64,000 nt of DNA, taken from positions 96,001 to 160,000 of the forward strand of contig CBDCNQ010000001.1 of assembly GCA_965219445.1 (NCBI GenBank), written 5' to 3'. Position numbers and translations under genes: made by a program. Below the pieces are notes generated by a model, which worked only from the letters and a program-made list of their open reading frames with translations, was not told where the DNA came from and made no database searches. The stretch is from Longimicrobiales bacterium (GTDB taxonomy: Bacteria; Gemmatimonadota; Gemmatimonadetes; Longimicrobiales; Gaopeijiaceae). Below, in pieces: positions 21,078 through 30,003 of this stretch; within the stretch, counting starts at the first letter, position 1, and each line of letters starts with the position of its first letter.

Positions 21078-22081
21078 AGGCGACCCAGGAGCTAGCCAAG
21101 CACGTAGGGGTGAAGCCCGCGTGCGATGCGCTCAGGGTGCCGCGAGCCACGTTCTACCGTCGTCGGAGTGCATCGACCGGGCATCAGCAGCCCCGCCCGA
21201 CCCCCGCCCGGGCCTTAAGTGAGAGGGAGCGGGACAAGATTTTCGACACCCTGTGTTCGGAGCGGTTCGTGGACCGGTCCCCAGCCGAGGTGGTGGCGAC
21301 GCTGCTCGACGAGGACGTCTACCTGTGCAGCGAGCGTACGATGTATCGCGTTCTGGCTTCCCAGGTGCCGGTTCAGGAGCGTCGAGCGCAGCGGAGTCAT
21401 CCCAAATACCAGAAGCCCGAGTTGATGGCGAGGGGCCCGAACCAGGTCTGGTCCTGGGATATCACCCGGCTGCTGGGGCCGAAGAAGTGGAGTTACTTCT
21501 ACCTCTACGTGATCCTGGACATCTTCAGCCGCTACGTCGTGGGATGGATGGTGGCGGATCGGGAGAACTCTGCCCTGGCCAGCCGGCTGATCCAGCAGAG
21601 TTGCTTGAAGCATGGCGTCCAGCCCCACCTCCTGACCCTGCATTCCGATCGAGGGGCTCCGATGACGAGCCAATGCACGGCTCAACTACTCGCCGATCTC
21701 GGCGTGACCCGCTCGTTGGGCCGACCCCAGGTCTCGGATGACAATCCGTTCTCCGAGGCTCAGTTCAAGACCTTGAAGTACCATCCCTCGTTTCCCGGCC
21801 GGTTCGGGGATCAGGGGCAAGCCAAGACCTTCTGTCGCTCGTTCTTCCGTTGGTATAATGCCGAGCACCGCCATGGCGGCATCTCGATGCTGACCCCCGA
21901 ACAGGTCCACTTCGGTCACGCCGATCGGATCATCGCCTGCAGGAAGGCCGTGCTCCGTGAGGCATGGGCCGCTCATCCCGAGCGCTTCGTCTCCGGTGAG
22001 CCGAAGCCTAAACCACTCCCGGAGGCCGTCTGGATCAATCCTCCCACCCCATCCCTCACGACACAGGAGATTGCTCTCTAA
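21074..22081 (+). CDS. IS3 OrfB DDE transposase
   Basis: Translation identical to 10660..11667. Confidence 0.95.
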   Translation: MKATQELAKHVGVKPACDALRVPRATFYRRRSASTGHQQPRPTPARALSERERDKIFDTLCSERFVDRSPAEVVATLLDEDVYLCSERTMYRVLASQVPVQERRAQRSHPKYQKPELMARGPNQVWSWDITRLLGPKKWSYFYLYVILDIFSRYVVGWMVADRENSALASRLIQQSCLKHGVQPHLLTLHSDRGAPMTSQCTAQLLADLGVTRSLGRPQVSDDNPFSEAQFKTLKYHPSFPGRFGDQGQAKTFCRSFFRWYNAEHRHGGISMLTPEQVHFGHADRIIACRKAVLREAWAAHPERFVSGEPKPKPLPEAVWINPPTPSLTTQEIAL

Positions 22082-22621
22082 TTGATTTCCAAGAGTGTCT
22101 CACTGGCGTTGACAGGTTCCGCCCTCTCTGCCACCTCGAAGCTCGTGACGTTCGACGCACATGGGCAACCGAGCAACGTCGCCACCATCGGGCCCACCTG
22201 CTGCTGATCGTCGTCTGCCGCCTTCACGCCGAAGAGCACGAGCCGCTCCTCCCGAGTCTCCAGCTCCGCCGTCAACGCCTTGGCCGTGGCCAGCCCGTCC
22301 ATGGTCACCGACCCCTGCACCCTCACAGCCGCATCGGCCCCGGCCGCAAGGGCCGCTCGGAGCGTCTCCCGGGAATCCTCGTTACCGAGCGTCATCACGG
22401 TGACCTGCCCCCCCTCGCCGGCCTCGCTTGCGCGGAGGGCGGCTTCGAGCGCGAACTCGTCGTAGGGACTCACGATATACTTGACCCCCTCGGGCTCGAT
22501 CACCGTTGCCCCATTAGAAAAGCGAACGCGTGTTTCGGTATCTGGCACCCGCTTCACGCAGACGATGATATCCAACTTCGTTCACTCCATTTGGTTGCAA
22601 TACAACGACTTGGAAACGAAC

Positions 22622-23293
22622 CTATCCGGCGGACCCGGGCCGCTGAAGCGGCTGGCACCGGCGCGCGTGGGACACGGCCGCGCTCCCTCGAACACAAAAG
22701 CGAAGAGGCCAGTCCTGAGCCCGGCTGACACCGACGCGGGGGCACTCGTCGATCGACTCGGGCGGCGTCGGCCAGCCCGGAAGAAGCCTCAGCGGAGGCG
22801 ACGAGAAGTCATGTCCATCCAAGGCATCGGTGATTCCGAACGCCTGCCCTACACGCCCGGGGCCCGAGGTCAGATCCCGCTCGCGGCCTCTCCGAGCAGC
22901 CATGACGTCAAAGCCCTCGATCGGATCGACGGCCCGTAGGAGCACTGCACAGGGATCACCGATCGCGCCAGTAACGACGTTCAGACACCAATGGATGCCA
23001 TAGCTCAGGTACACGTAAGCACTTCCTGGTGGCCCGAACATGGAAGCGTTGCGTCGCGTCCGACCGATATGAGCCGCTGCGTGGGAAGCAGGATCGTCCC
23101 GCCCCATGTAAGCCTCGACCTCGACAATGATGCCTGTCGCTCGTCGCCCGTCGACGGTCGACACGAGTCGTGCGCCAAGTAGATCGGGGGCTACGCTCTG
23201 AGCAGGGCGGTCGAAGAACGTGCGGTCGAACGTACCCCGCCTGGGCGTGCCGCTCCAGGGGGCGGGCGGCAACACCCCAGGCGAGGCCTGCAT
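22622..23293 (-). CDS. mpg: DNA-3-methyladenine glycosylase
   Basis: IVEVEAY, DPASHA, YVYLSYGIHWCLNVV, AVLLRA, SGPG. Confidence 0.92.
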   Translation of the reverse strand: MQASPGVLPPAPWSGTPRRGTFDRTFFDRPAQSVAPDLLGARLVSTVDGRRATGIIVEVEAYMGRDDPASHAAAHIGRTRRNASMFGPPGSAYVYLSYGIHWCLNVVTGAIGDPCAVLLRAVDPIEGFDVMAARRGRERDLTSGPGRVGQAFGITDALDGHDFSSPPLRLLPGWPTPPESIDECPRVGVSRAQDWPLRFCVRGSAAVSHARRCQPLQRPGSAG

Positions 23294-23307
23294 GTCAGGC
23301 GTCAGCC

Positions 23308-25155
23308 CTACTCGTCGGAACCGGAGGAAGGCGGACGCCTTGGACCTCGTCGGGTCCTACGTCGAGCCCCACCGGACCTGGGCGCCGGAGCCGAGGAAGA
23401 GGAAGATGAAGAGAAAGAGTCGAGTGCCGGTGCCGAGAACGAGGAAGAATCCACAGACTCTCTCACCAGGGCGGGCTCCGACCCGCTATCCGGTTCTGAC
23501 GCGACCTCTTGTTCACTTTGTTCACTCCGGGACTTCTCGGACCGGCGTTCGAAGTCGGCTCTCCATTCGGCCAGCACTTGAGGCGCGCGGCGGGGGACGA
23601 TCTCGGCCACCCGCCCGGGCTCGTTCTCGAACACGAGGAAGACATCCGCCCCGAAGGCCTCAACCAAGGATTCGGCCGTCTTCTTGCCGACCCCTCCGTA
23701 AGAGTTTGTCAGATAGCTGACGATCGCCTTCTCGCTCGTGGGCAAACCGAGGCCGCCCACATCGATACGGGTTCGGGCCGGGGAGCGATCAGGCGGTCCA
23801 CCGGCCTTGCCCACGATCTGACCATCGAGAAGCATGGGGCCGTCCTTTTCTTTACGACCTCCGGAGCCTCCGCGGGGACCTAGTCGCCCAGCCCATTCGC
23901 CTCCCCCACGTGACGGTGCATCCTGGATTGCCACGGACGGCGAACCCGTAGCCTGGGAGTCCGCAAGTGATACGCGGTAGTTGCCCATCGCCGTCTTTTC
24001 GAGGGAGATCACGTCGTGCTCCTCCGCCTGCAGAAGGAACCGGCTGAATTTACCGAAGCCCAGCTCCCCTTCATCGAAGCCCGCGTCGGCCTCCAACATC
24101 TTTCGTTTGACGTCCGAGTCGCGAGCCGAATTTTTCCCGGCTTCCTTGAGTCTCTGAAGGCACCGAACCATCAGGTCGTAGGCCGAACGGAGCGGCTCGG
24201 CATCCAATGCTCCCGCCTGGCTTGAAACCTCGGGGCCTTCCCTGGCCTCCCCTGGTGTAGTCTCCGGCGCCTCGTCATCCCCGACCTTGTCGCCCCGCCG
24301 GGCCCTCACCGGCCTACCCCTTCGTGAGGGCGGGCGGCTCCGCTCCTTGCCTTCTCTCGTGGCTGCCGAATCGTCAGCCGAGCTCCGAGGGGAGCCAGCC
24401 CGAACCTCGTACTGTCCATTTTCGAGCTTGTGAAGCCGGACAAGACCACGATGGGCGGCCTCAGCGACGAACTTTGAAAATTTGCTAAAACCGAAGTTTC
24501 CCTCACTGAACCGTCCGTCGAGTTCCAACATGACCTGCTTGAGGCGGTCGGATCGCATGACGTCACCCCGGGTGGTCATACGGCTCACGGCCTTCTCCAC
24601 GAGATCCCACGGATCATTCGCACTATGGCCAGTTTCCGTGGTCTTTCGAAGTCCGGTGAGGCTCGTGTAGGAGTAGTATTCGTCGCAGTTCTGAACCAGA
24701 ATGTCCGAGCTGGACTCCTGGATCCCCACACCGATCACATACTTTCCATATTCCTTGAGTTTCAGGACCAAGCTCGAAAAATCGGAGTCACCGGTGAGGA
24801 GAATGAAAGTGCCGATCTCTGGGCGGATGAAAACCAGTTCCACCCCGTCGATCGCCATCCGGATGTCCGTCGCGTTTTTCTTCGAACTCCCGTACGCGGG
24901 TGCGAAGATCAGGTCCACCGACGCCTCGGAAAGCGGGACGATATACTGGGGATAACGCCGCCAGTCGGCGTACGCCCGCTGGACGGTCACCTTCCCGCGG
25001 ATGACGTCCGATTGGAGTAGGCTCTTCAGTTCCTTGGAGAGATCACTACGCATCCCCATCGTGACGTTATCGAAGTCGATGAGGAGGGCGGCCTTGGGAG
25101 CATCGGCCGGTGCTCCGGACCCCTCTACATGAGGGGCCTGAGTGTACTGATTCAT
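23308..25155 (-). CDS. NYN-domain protein with two OST-HTH/LOTUS domains and a HhH-like domain
   Basis: LLIDFDN, RAYADW, KNATDIRMAIDG, TGDSDF; FGFSKFSKFV and LGFGKFSRFL repeats; GVGKKTAESLVEAFG. Confidence 0.85.
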   Translation of the reverse strand: MNQYTQAPHVEGSGAPADAPKAALLIDFDNVTMGMRSDLSKELKSLLQSDVIRGKVTVQRAYADWRRYPQYIVPLSEASVDLIFAPAYGSSKKNATDIRMAIDGVELVFIRPEIGTFILLTGDSDFSSLVLKLKEYGKYVIGVGIQESSSDILVQNCDEYYSYTSLTGLRKTTETGHSANDPWDLVEKAVSRMTTRGDVMRSDRLKQVMLELDGRFSEGNFGFSKFSKFVAEAAHRGLVRLHKLENGQYEVRAGSPRSSADDSAATREGKERSRPPSRRGRPVRARRGDKVGDDEAPETTPGEAREGPEVSSQAGALDAEPLRSAYDLMVRCLQRLKEAGKNSARDSDVKRKMLEADAGFDEGELGFGKFSRFLLQAEEHDVISLEKTAMGNYRVSLADSQATGSPSVAIQDAPSRGGGEWAGRLGPRGGSGGRKEKDGPMLLDGQIVGKAGGPPDRSPARTRIDVGGLGLPTSEKAIVSYLTNSYGGVGKKTAESLVEAFGADVFLVFENEPGRVAEIVPRRAPQVLAEWRADFERRSEKSRSEQSEQEVASEPDSGSEPALVRESVDSSSFSAPALDSFSSSSSSSAPAPRSGGARRRTRRGPRRPPSSGSDE

Positions 25156-25293
25156 TGTTTTTCTTCTCGCGAAAATTGTGGCCGGCCGCACTCGCGAGAC
25201 CTCCCCACTCGTGCCAGTCCTCCGCGCCGCGCTGCGACGTCTCGGATCTGGAAGGAGTCAGGGGGGTCGCTGCTCAAAGTGCCCGGCGATCCT

Positions 25294-26943
25294 TCATGTC
25301 TTTGGTTCTGCGTGCGCCGCTCGAATGAGGCGCGACAACTCCCCCCGTTGGACCCTTCCGGTTCCCGTCAGCGGGAATTCGTCCATGAACTGGACGACGT
25401 CGGGTACTTTGTAGGCGGCGAGTGTGACCGAGCACCAATCTTGAATCTCCGGGCCGGTCACGATGGCACCCTCCTCCGGGAGGACGCACGCGCAGATGGC
25501 CTCTCCCAAAAGCTCGTCCGGGACTCCAGCCACCATGGCCTCACGTATCGCCGGATGCGATTGAAGTCGATCCTCAACCTCCCGGGGGTAAACGTTTGAA
25601 CCACTACGAATGATAACCTCTTTCTTACGGCCAACCAAATGGATGAAGCCCTCTTCGTCCTCCATCCCCAGGTCGCCTGTAAGGAAGTACCCGTCTCGGT
25701 CGAGCGAATCGGATGTGTCCCGTGGTTGCCGGTAATACCCGCGCATGACACCTGGACCGCCGACCGCGATCTCGCCCACGCTCTCCACCGGCAACTCGGC
25801 CCCATCCGGGTCCACGATCCGGACGACATTGTTCTCCAGGGGCCGCCCGACCGTGAAGATACGCTTCGCCACCGGATCCTCCGGCCTCGTGACGCATACG
25901 GTCGAGGACGTTTCAGTGAGAGAGTATGCGATCAAAAGCTCGGGGCAGATGTTTTCCTGTACCGCCTTCACGAGTTCGTCGGAAACGGGTGCTCCCGCCG
26001 TCAAGCCACGGCGAAGAGAGGCGAGATCTCTTGGGGCCTTCGTCTGCTCGCGGAGCTCTGCGACGAACAGCGTCGGTACCCCATAATGGACTGTCGCCCG
26101 GTGACGCTCCACGAGGTCCAAAGCCCCCGCCGGTCCAAATTCATCCTGGAGAACGAGCGCCGCCCCCGACAAGAGGGACCCGAGGATTCCCGGCCCGAGC
26201 CCGAAAACGTGAAACAAGGCCATAATACCCACGACGCGATCATCTCCGCACAGCCCTAGAGCATCCGCCGTACTTCCCGCTACCTGCAAGAGATTGGAGT
26301 GCGTCAGCTCGACGCCCTTGGGCTTCCCGGTGGTGCCGGCCGTGTACACGATGGCGAAAAGTTCGCCGGCCGACGGTGGTGACGTGGCGGAGTAGTCCCG
26401 TCCCCCTCCGGCAGAGAGCAGATCCTCGAACTGGAAGACGCGATCATCGTACCAGAGATCCTCCTTACCCACCGTAATGAGGTACTGGAAGTCCGGAAGC
26501 TGAACCAACAGCTCCTCGAAGAGTTGGAGGAAATCGACGTCTTCGAGGGTTTCCGCGGTAATCGCCGCCACCGCCTCGGAATGGCGGAGGGTGTAGCGCA
26601 GATCGTCGGCCGTCAGTTTCGGATTCAATGGCACCAGGACGGCCCCTAACTTGGCCACCGCGAACATTGAGATGACGAACTCCGGCCATGACGGCATGAC
26701 AACAGCCACGCGATCCCCGGACTCGATGCCCAGACTATGAAGCGACGCGGCCAAGGCCTCCGCACGACTCTCCAGCTGCCCAAATGTGACGGACTCGTCT
26801 CCGTGGATCAGGAAGACCCCTTCCGGATCTGTCGTGGCCCGTGATGCTAGGGCGGCCGGCAGCGTAAGATCAGCCGATCGTCCTCCGACCGGCCCGACCC
26901 GCTTCGACTTGTCTGGTACCGGATCCGAATCCAAGGCTTTCAC
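25294..26943 (-). CDS. AMP-binding acyl-CoA ligase (class I adenylate-forming); start uncertain
   Basis: [31 protein letters not shown]...GRVQR. Confidence 0.9.
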   Translation of the reverse strand: MKALDSDPVPDKSKRVGPVGGRSADLTLPAALASRATTDPEGVFLIHGDESVTFGQLESRAEALAASLHSLGIESGDRVAVVMPSWPEFVISMFAVAKLGAVLVPLNPKLTADDLRYTLRHSEAVAAITAETLEDVDFLQLFEELLVQLPDFQYLITVGKEDLWYDDRVFQFEDLLSAGGGRDYSATSPPSAGELFAIVYTAGTTGKPKGVELTHSNLLQVAGSTADALGLCGDDRVVGIMALFHVFGLGPGILGSLLSGAALVLQDEFGPAGALDLVERHRATVHYGVPTLFVAELREQTKAPRDLASLRRGLTAGAPVSDELVKAVQENICPELLIAYSLTETSSTVCVTRPEDPVAKRIFTVGRPLENNVVRIVDPDGAELPVESVGEIAVGGPGVMRGYYRQPRDTSDSLDRDGYFLTGDLGMEDEEGFIHLVGRKKEVIIRSGSNVYPREVEDRLQSHPAIREAMVAGVPDELLGEAICACVLPEEGAIVTGPEIQDWCSVTLAAYKVPDVVQFMDEFPLTGTGRVQRGELSRLIRAAHAEPKT

Positions 26944-26945
26944 GT

Positions 26946-28070
26946 CTAACCTCGGCGAACGAAGGCGTTGATTAGGTCCGACACGGTGTCTTCGTCGACC
27001 GGATGACTCCACGAACCGTCGACGCGGTGGACCGTTCCGATCTCAGAGAGCAAAACGAAGCGGGCCCGTCCGTGACGAACCTTCTTATCGGAAGCAAGAT
27101 AGGTCATGATGTCATCCGGCGCGGCAGAATCCGGGATACCGCTCGTAAGCCCCACACGCTCAACCACTTGCTCGAGTCGCTCGACCACATCCGGGCCGGT
27201 CACCCCCAGGGACACCCCAAGGCGAGCCTCCAGGATCATTCCGCACGCGACTGCGGTCCCGTGGGGAACCCGAAAGGAGCAGGCCGCTTCGATCGCGTGG
27301 CCGAGCGTATGACCGAAATTCAGGATCTCCCTCCGGCCTGCCTCCCATTCGTCCTCCGACACCACGGCAGATTTCAGTTCCACCGACCGCGCCACCGCCC
27401 GCCCGAGCGAGGTGGCTTCTCCGTCCAGAATCGCCGGCATCTCTCTATCGAGCTCGGCGAAATACGCGTCGTCCATGATCGCACCGTGTTTGACCGCCTC
27501 GATCATCCCCTGGGCCCGCTCGGCCTTCGGGAGCGTCTCTGCGACGTCCGGATCCGCCACGACCAGATTCGGGGGGTGAAACGCTCCGACCAGATTTTTT
27601 CCGGCCTCCACGTCCACTCCGGTTTTTCCACCGATAGACGCATCGATCATCGCCACGAGACTGGTCGGAATCTGTACGACCGGGATGCCTCTCATGTACG
27701 TTGCTGCGACGAAGCCGCCAAGGTCACCGGTTACACCCCCACCCATCGCAATCAGGCACGAGTCCCGACCGAATCCGGCGCGGAGGAGGTCGTCGGTCAG
27801 TTCTGACCACGTGACCCGACTCTTATTTCGCTCGCCAGCCTCGAACGTGAAGAGCTCGGCACTCAAGCCCGCATCCTTCAGGTGGTGGATCGTGGACCCT
27901 CCGTACAGCGACGCGACGTTCGAATCGGAGACCAGAGCGTACCGATGGGCGGGGGCGTACTCCTCCAGTAGGGGAGACAATGAGCCGAGTAGGGCTCGGC
28001 CCACCAGCACCGGGTAGGGTCCCGAAGCGCCGCTTGTCATGACCGTGATGGGGGCTGCCTTGTCGGTCAT
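26946..28070 (-). CDS. aroB: 3-dehydroquinate synthase
   Basis: GGGVTGDLGGF, DASIGGKTG, GKNLVGAF, LNFGHTLGHAIE. Confidence 0.96.
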   Translation of the reverse strand: MTDKAAPITVMTSGASGPYPVLVGRALLGSLSPLLEEYAPAHRYALVSDSNVASLYGGSTIHHLKDAGLSAELFTFEAGERNKSRVTWSELTDDLLRAGFGRDSCLIAMGGGVTGDLGGFVAATYMRGIPVVQIPTSLVAMIDASIGGKTGVDVEAGKNLVGAFHPPNLVVADPDVAETLPKAERAQGMIEAVKHGAIMDDAYFAELDREMPAILDGEATSLGRAVARSVELKSAVVSEDEWEAGRREILNFGHTLGHAIEAACSFRVPHGTAVACGMILEARLGVSLGVTGPDVVERLEQVVERVGLTSGIPDSAAPDDIMTYLASDKKVRHGRARFVLLSEIGTVHRVDGSWSHPVDEDTVSDLINAFVRRG

Positions 28071-28080
28071 TCGCAGTCCG

Positions 28081-29328
28081 TCAGGGGTTTCCCACGGACG
28101 CTGTTACGTCGGGCACGTCCCCCACAAACAGGCTCGTAGCAGGAAGGCCCCCGATCTGAAGCGGTGTAAGCGACGCCTGATCGGGGAAGGCCGACAAGAG
28201 CGGCTCCAATTCACGGACGAATCTATCGCGCTGCGGAGTCGTGTCCCAAACCCCGAACCAGGCGAGTGAACGATGTCCATCACCGTCACCGAGGAGTACG
28301 TAACGATCCCCTTCCCAACCAACGGCCAAGGTACGAGAAGCACCCACGGTCTCTAGCAGAATGCCGAGCTCCAATTCGCCCAATGTGTCCTCGTATAGGC
28401 GGCTCCACCCATCTCCCACCGACACCTCGACATTCCGAGCAACGTCGCGTTGCCCGCCCGCGAAACGCTCCGGGTGGAGCACGTGCTCCGTCGAGGTCGG
28501 GAGGTCGGAACCGAATGGCGGCGGACGCCCACCCCGCTCCTTCCAGAGGGTCTCGACGAATCTTAGTCCGCCTCGATAGGGAAACAGAACAGCCTCTTGC
28601 AGGACGAGGGGCGCTTGCGCAAAAGCCGGAGACTGCGATCGGGCCTCCTCCAAGGCCGGGCCCAGGCGTGCAGAGAAATCTGGCACATCCATGAGGTCCA
28701 ATACTCCCCCCCCTTGGTCCTGCATCAAGAATTCGAACATCACCAGAGTCGCGTGCCCCTCGATCGCAGCAAGTGCGGCCACACGACGGTCGTTGCTCAG
28801 GCCAGGGGCCGTGATGGCATCCAGATCCGTGGTCTGGTCCTGGATCGCATGTACCAATTCGTGGACTAGGAGTGACTCGATCAGCTCGTCGGGCTGGTCG
28901 TCAAGTACGAACAGTGTCGTGGAATCAGGATCGTAAAAACCCGCGATCTGTTCCAGATAGAGGGCCTCGAGCGTGCCCCTCAAATCCAGGTCACGGGGCA
29001 CGAGCCCGAGTAACCCGTAAGCCTCCGAGAGCAACTCCGCCCGCTCCTGGGGAAACTCCTCATCGATTTTGAACTCCAAGTACCGTTCGAGGTCCGCCCG
29101 AGAGCGGCGTTCGATGCGGACCGGGGCTCGAAGCTCCATTCCCGAGCGGGACGCCAAGTCGGGTAGAAGCCGAACCGCGATTTCCTCAAGCCTTGGATCC
29201 GAGGAGGTTACGAGCGCGTCGTCTCCTGAACCGCCGCACCCCAGACTCGTGAGGAGGATGGACAGAACCAGGGGCGCAACCGCGCATCGACTCCGGATCC
29301 CGACCGCTTTCCTGGGGATGTCACCCAT
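28081..29328 (-). CDS. Putative zincin-like metalloprotease lipoprotein
   Basis: Lipobox SLGC; GFYDP, HELVHAIQDQ, EGHA. Confidence 0.75.
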   Translation of the reverse strand: MGDIPRKAVGIRSRCAVAPLVLSILLTSLGCGGSGDDALVTSSDPRLEEIAVRLLPDLASRSGMELRAPVRIERRSRADLERYLEFKIDEEFPQERAELLSEAYGLLGLVPRDLDLRGTLEALYLEQIAGFYDPDSTTLFVLDDQPDELIESLLVHELVHAIQDQTTDLDAITAPGLSNDRRVAALAAIEGHATLVMFEFLMQDQGGGVLDLMDVPDFSARLGPALEEARSQSPAFAQAPLVLQEAVLFPYRGGLRFVETLWKERGGRPPPFGSDLPTSTEHVLHPERFAGGQRDVARNVEVSVGDGWSRLYEDTLGELELGILLETVGASRTLAVGWEGDRYVLLGDGDGHRSLAWFGVWDTTPQRDRFVRELEPLLSAFPDQASLTPLQIGGLPATSLFVGDVPDVTASVGNP

Positions 29329-29686
29329 CGGCGGGCACTCTTCCATACCGGTCCTCCAACCGAACGACGTCGTCCAAATGCGGTGTCGATGCCTCGAGAA
29401 CGTCACAGTCCGTGATCGCGACCATACGGTGCACAGTTCCCGTTGAAACGTGGAAGCTCTCACCGGCCGCCAAGTCGATGTCCTCGAGGTCGGCCTCGGA
29501 ACTCCCAGCAGAAAAACGCATCTCGCCCGAGAGGAGGTGGATCGTCTCGTCCTTCTGCTCGTGGTACTGCAGTGAAAGGGCCTCGCCTGCTTGGATGTGC
29601 AGGAGTTTTCCCACGTACTCGCTCGTGTCGGCCCAGATGAGTTCGTAGCCCCAGGGCTTCTCGACGCGTCGAGGAGTGTGCTTCAA
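29321..29686 (-). CDS. Cupin protein (mannose-6-phosphate isomerase type II-like)
   Basis: VEKPWGYE, LSLQYHEQKDE, VHRM, EASTP...RLEDRYGR. Confidence 0.88.
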   Translation of the reverse strand: MKHTPRRVEKPWGYELIWADTSEYVGKLLHIQAGEALSLQYHEQKDETIHLLSGEMRFSAGSSEADLEDIDLAAGESFHVSTGTVHRMVAITDCDVLEASTPHLDDVVRLEDRYGRVPADG

Positions 29687-30003
29687 GTTCGGCTTCCCGT
29701 TGGTGGACGCGCAGAGGGCCGGCCGAGGGTGAGCATTCGGATCGTCCCGAAAAAATGACGTTGACGGACACCGCGACCAAGGTCAAGGGCCGGAACGCTG
29801 GCACGAAAGGTGCAATCGGATTAGAGGGCGACGGAACGGGTTCGAACGGGTGAGGCCCCAGGGTACGGTGGAGCCCCGAATCGCCTGCATGGACCCTGGA
29901 GGCCTCTCATCGGTACCTGGACGTTATCTTTCACAGCGTAGGGTGAGTGGACGCCCCAAGAGAAAAGGAAATCGAGGACGACCGCGATACAACGGGAGGA
30001 TCG

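Larger units (their letters stand above)
20558..22120 (+). mobile_element. IS3-family insertion sequence, copy 2
   Basis: Same sequence as copy 1 at offset +10414; IRs span 20562-22114; GCCC on both flanks. Confidence 0.95.
20261..22575 (-). pseudogene. etfB: ETF beta subunit interrupted by IS3 copy 2
   Basis: MDIIVCVKRVPD, PYDEFALE and QVGPM before the IS; RAVEGG...LPAVVT...RYPSLKGIMAAKKK after it. Confidence 0.93.

Noticed and set aside
10144..22120. Composite transposon bounded by the two IS3 copies
   Set aside because: Each copy splits its own gene, with both halves present on either side, so these are independent insertions around native DNA.
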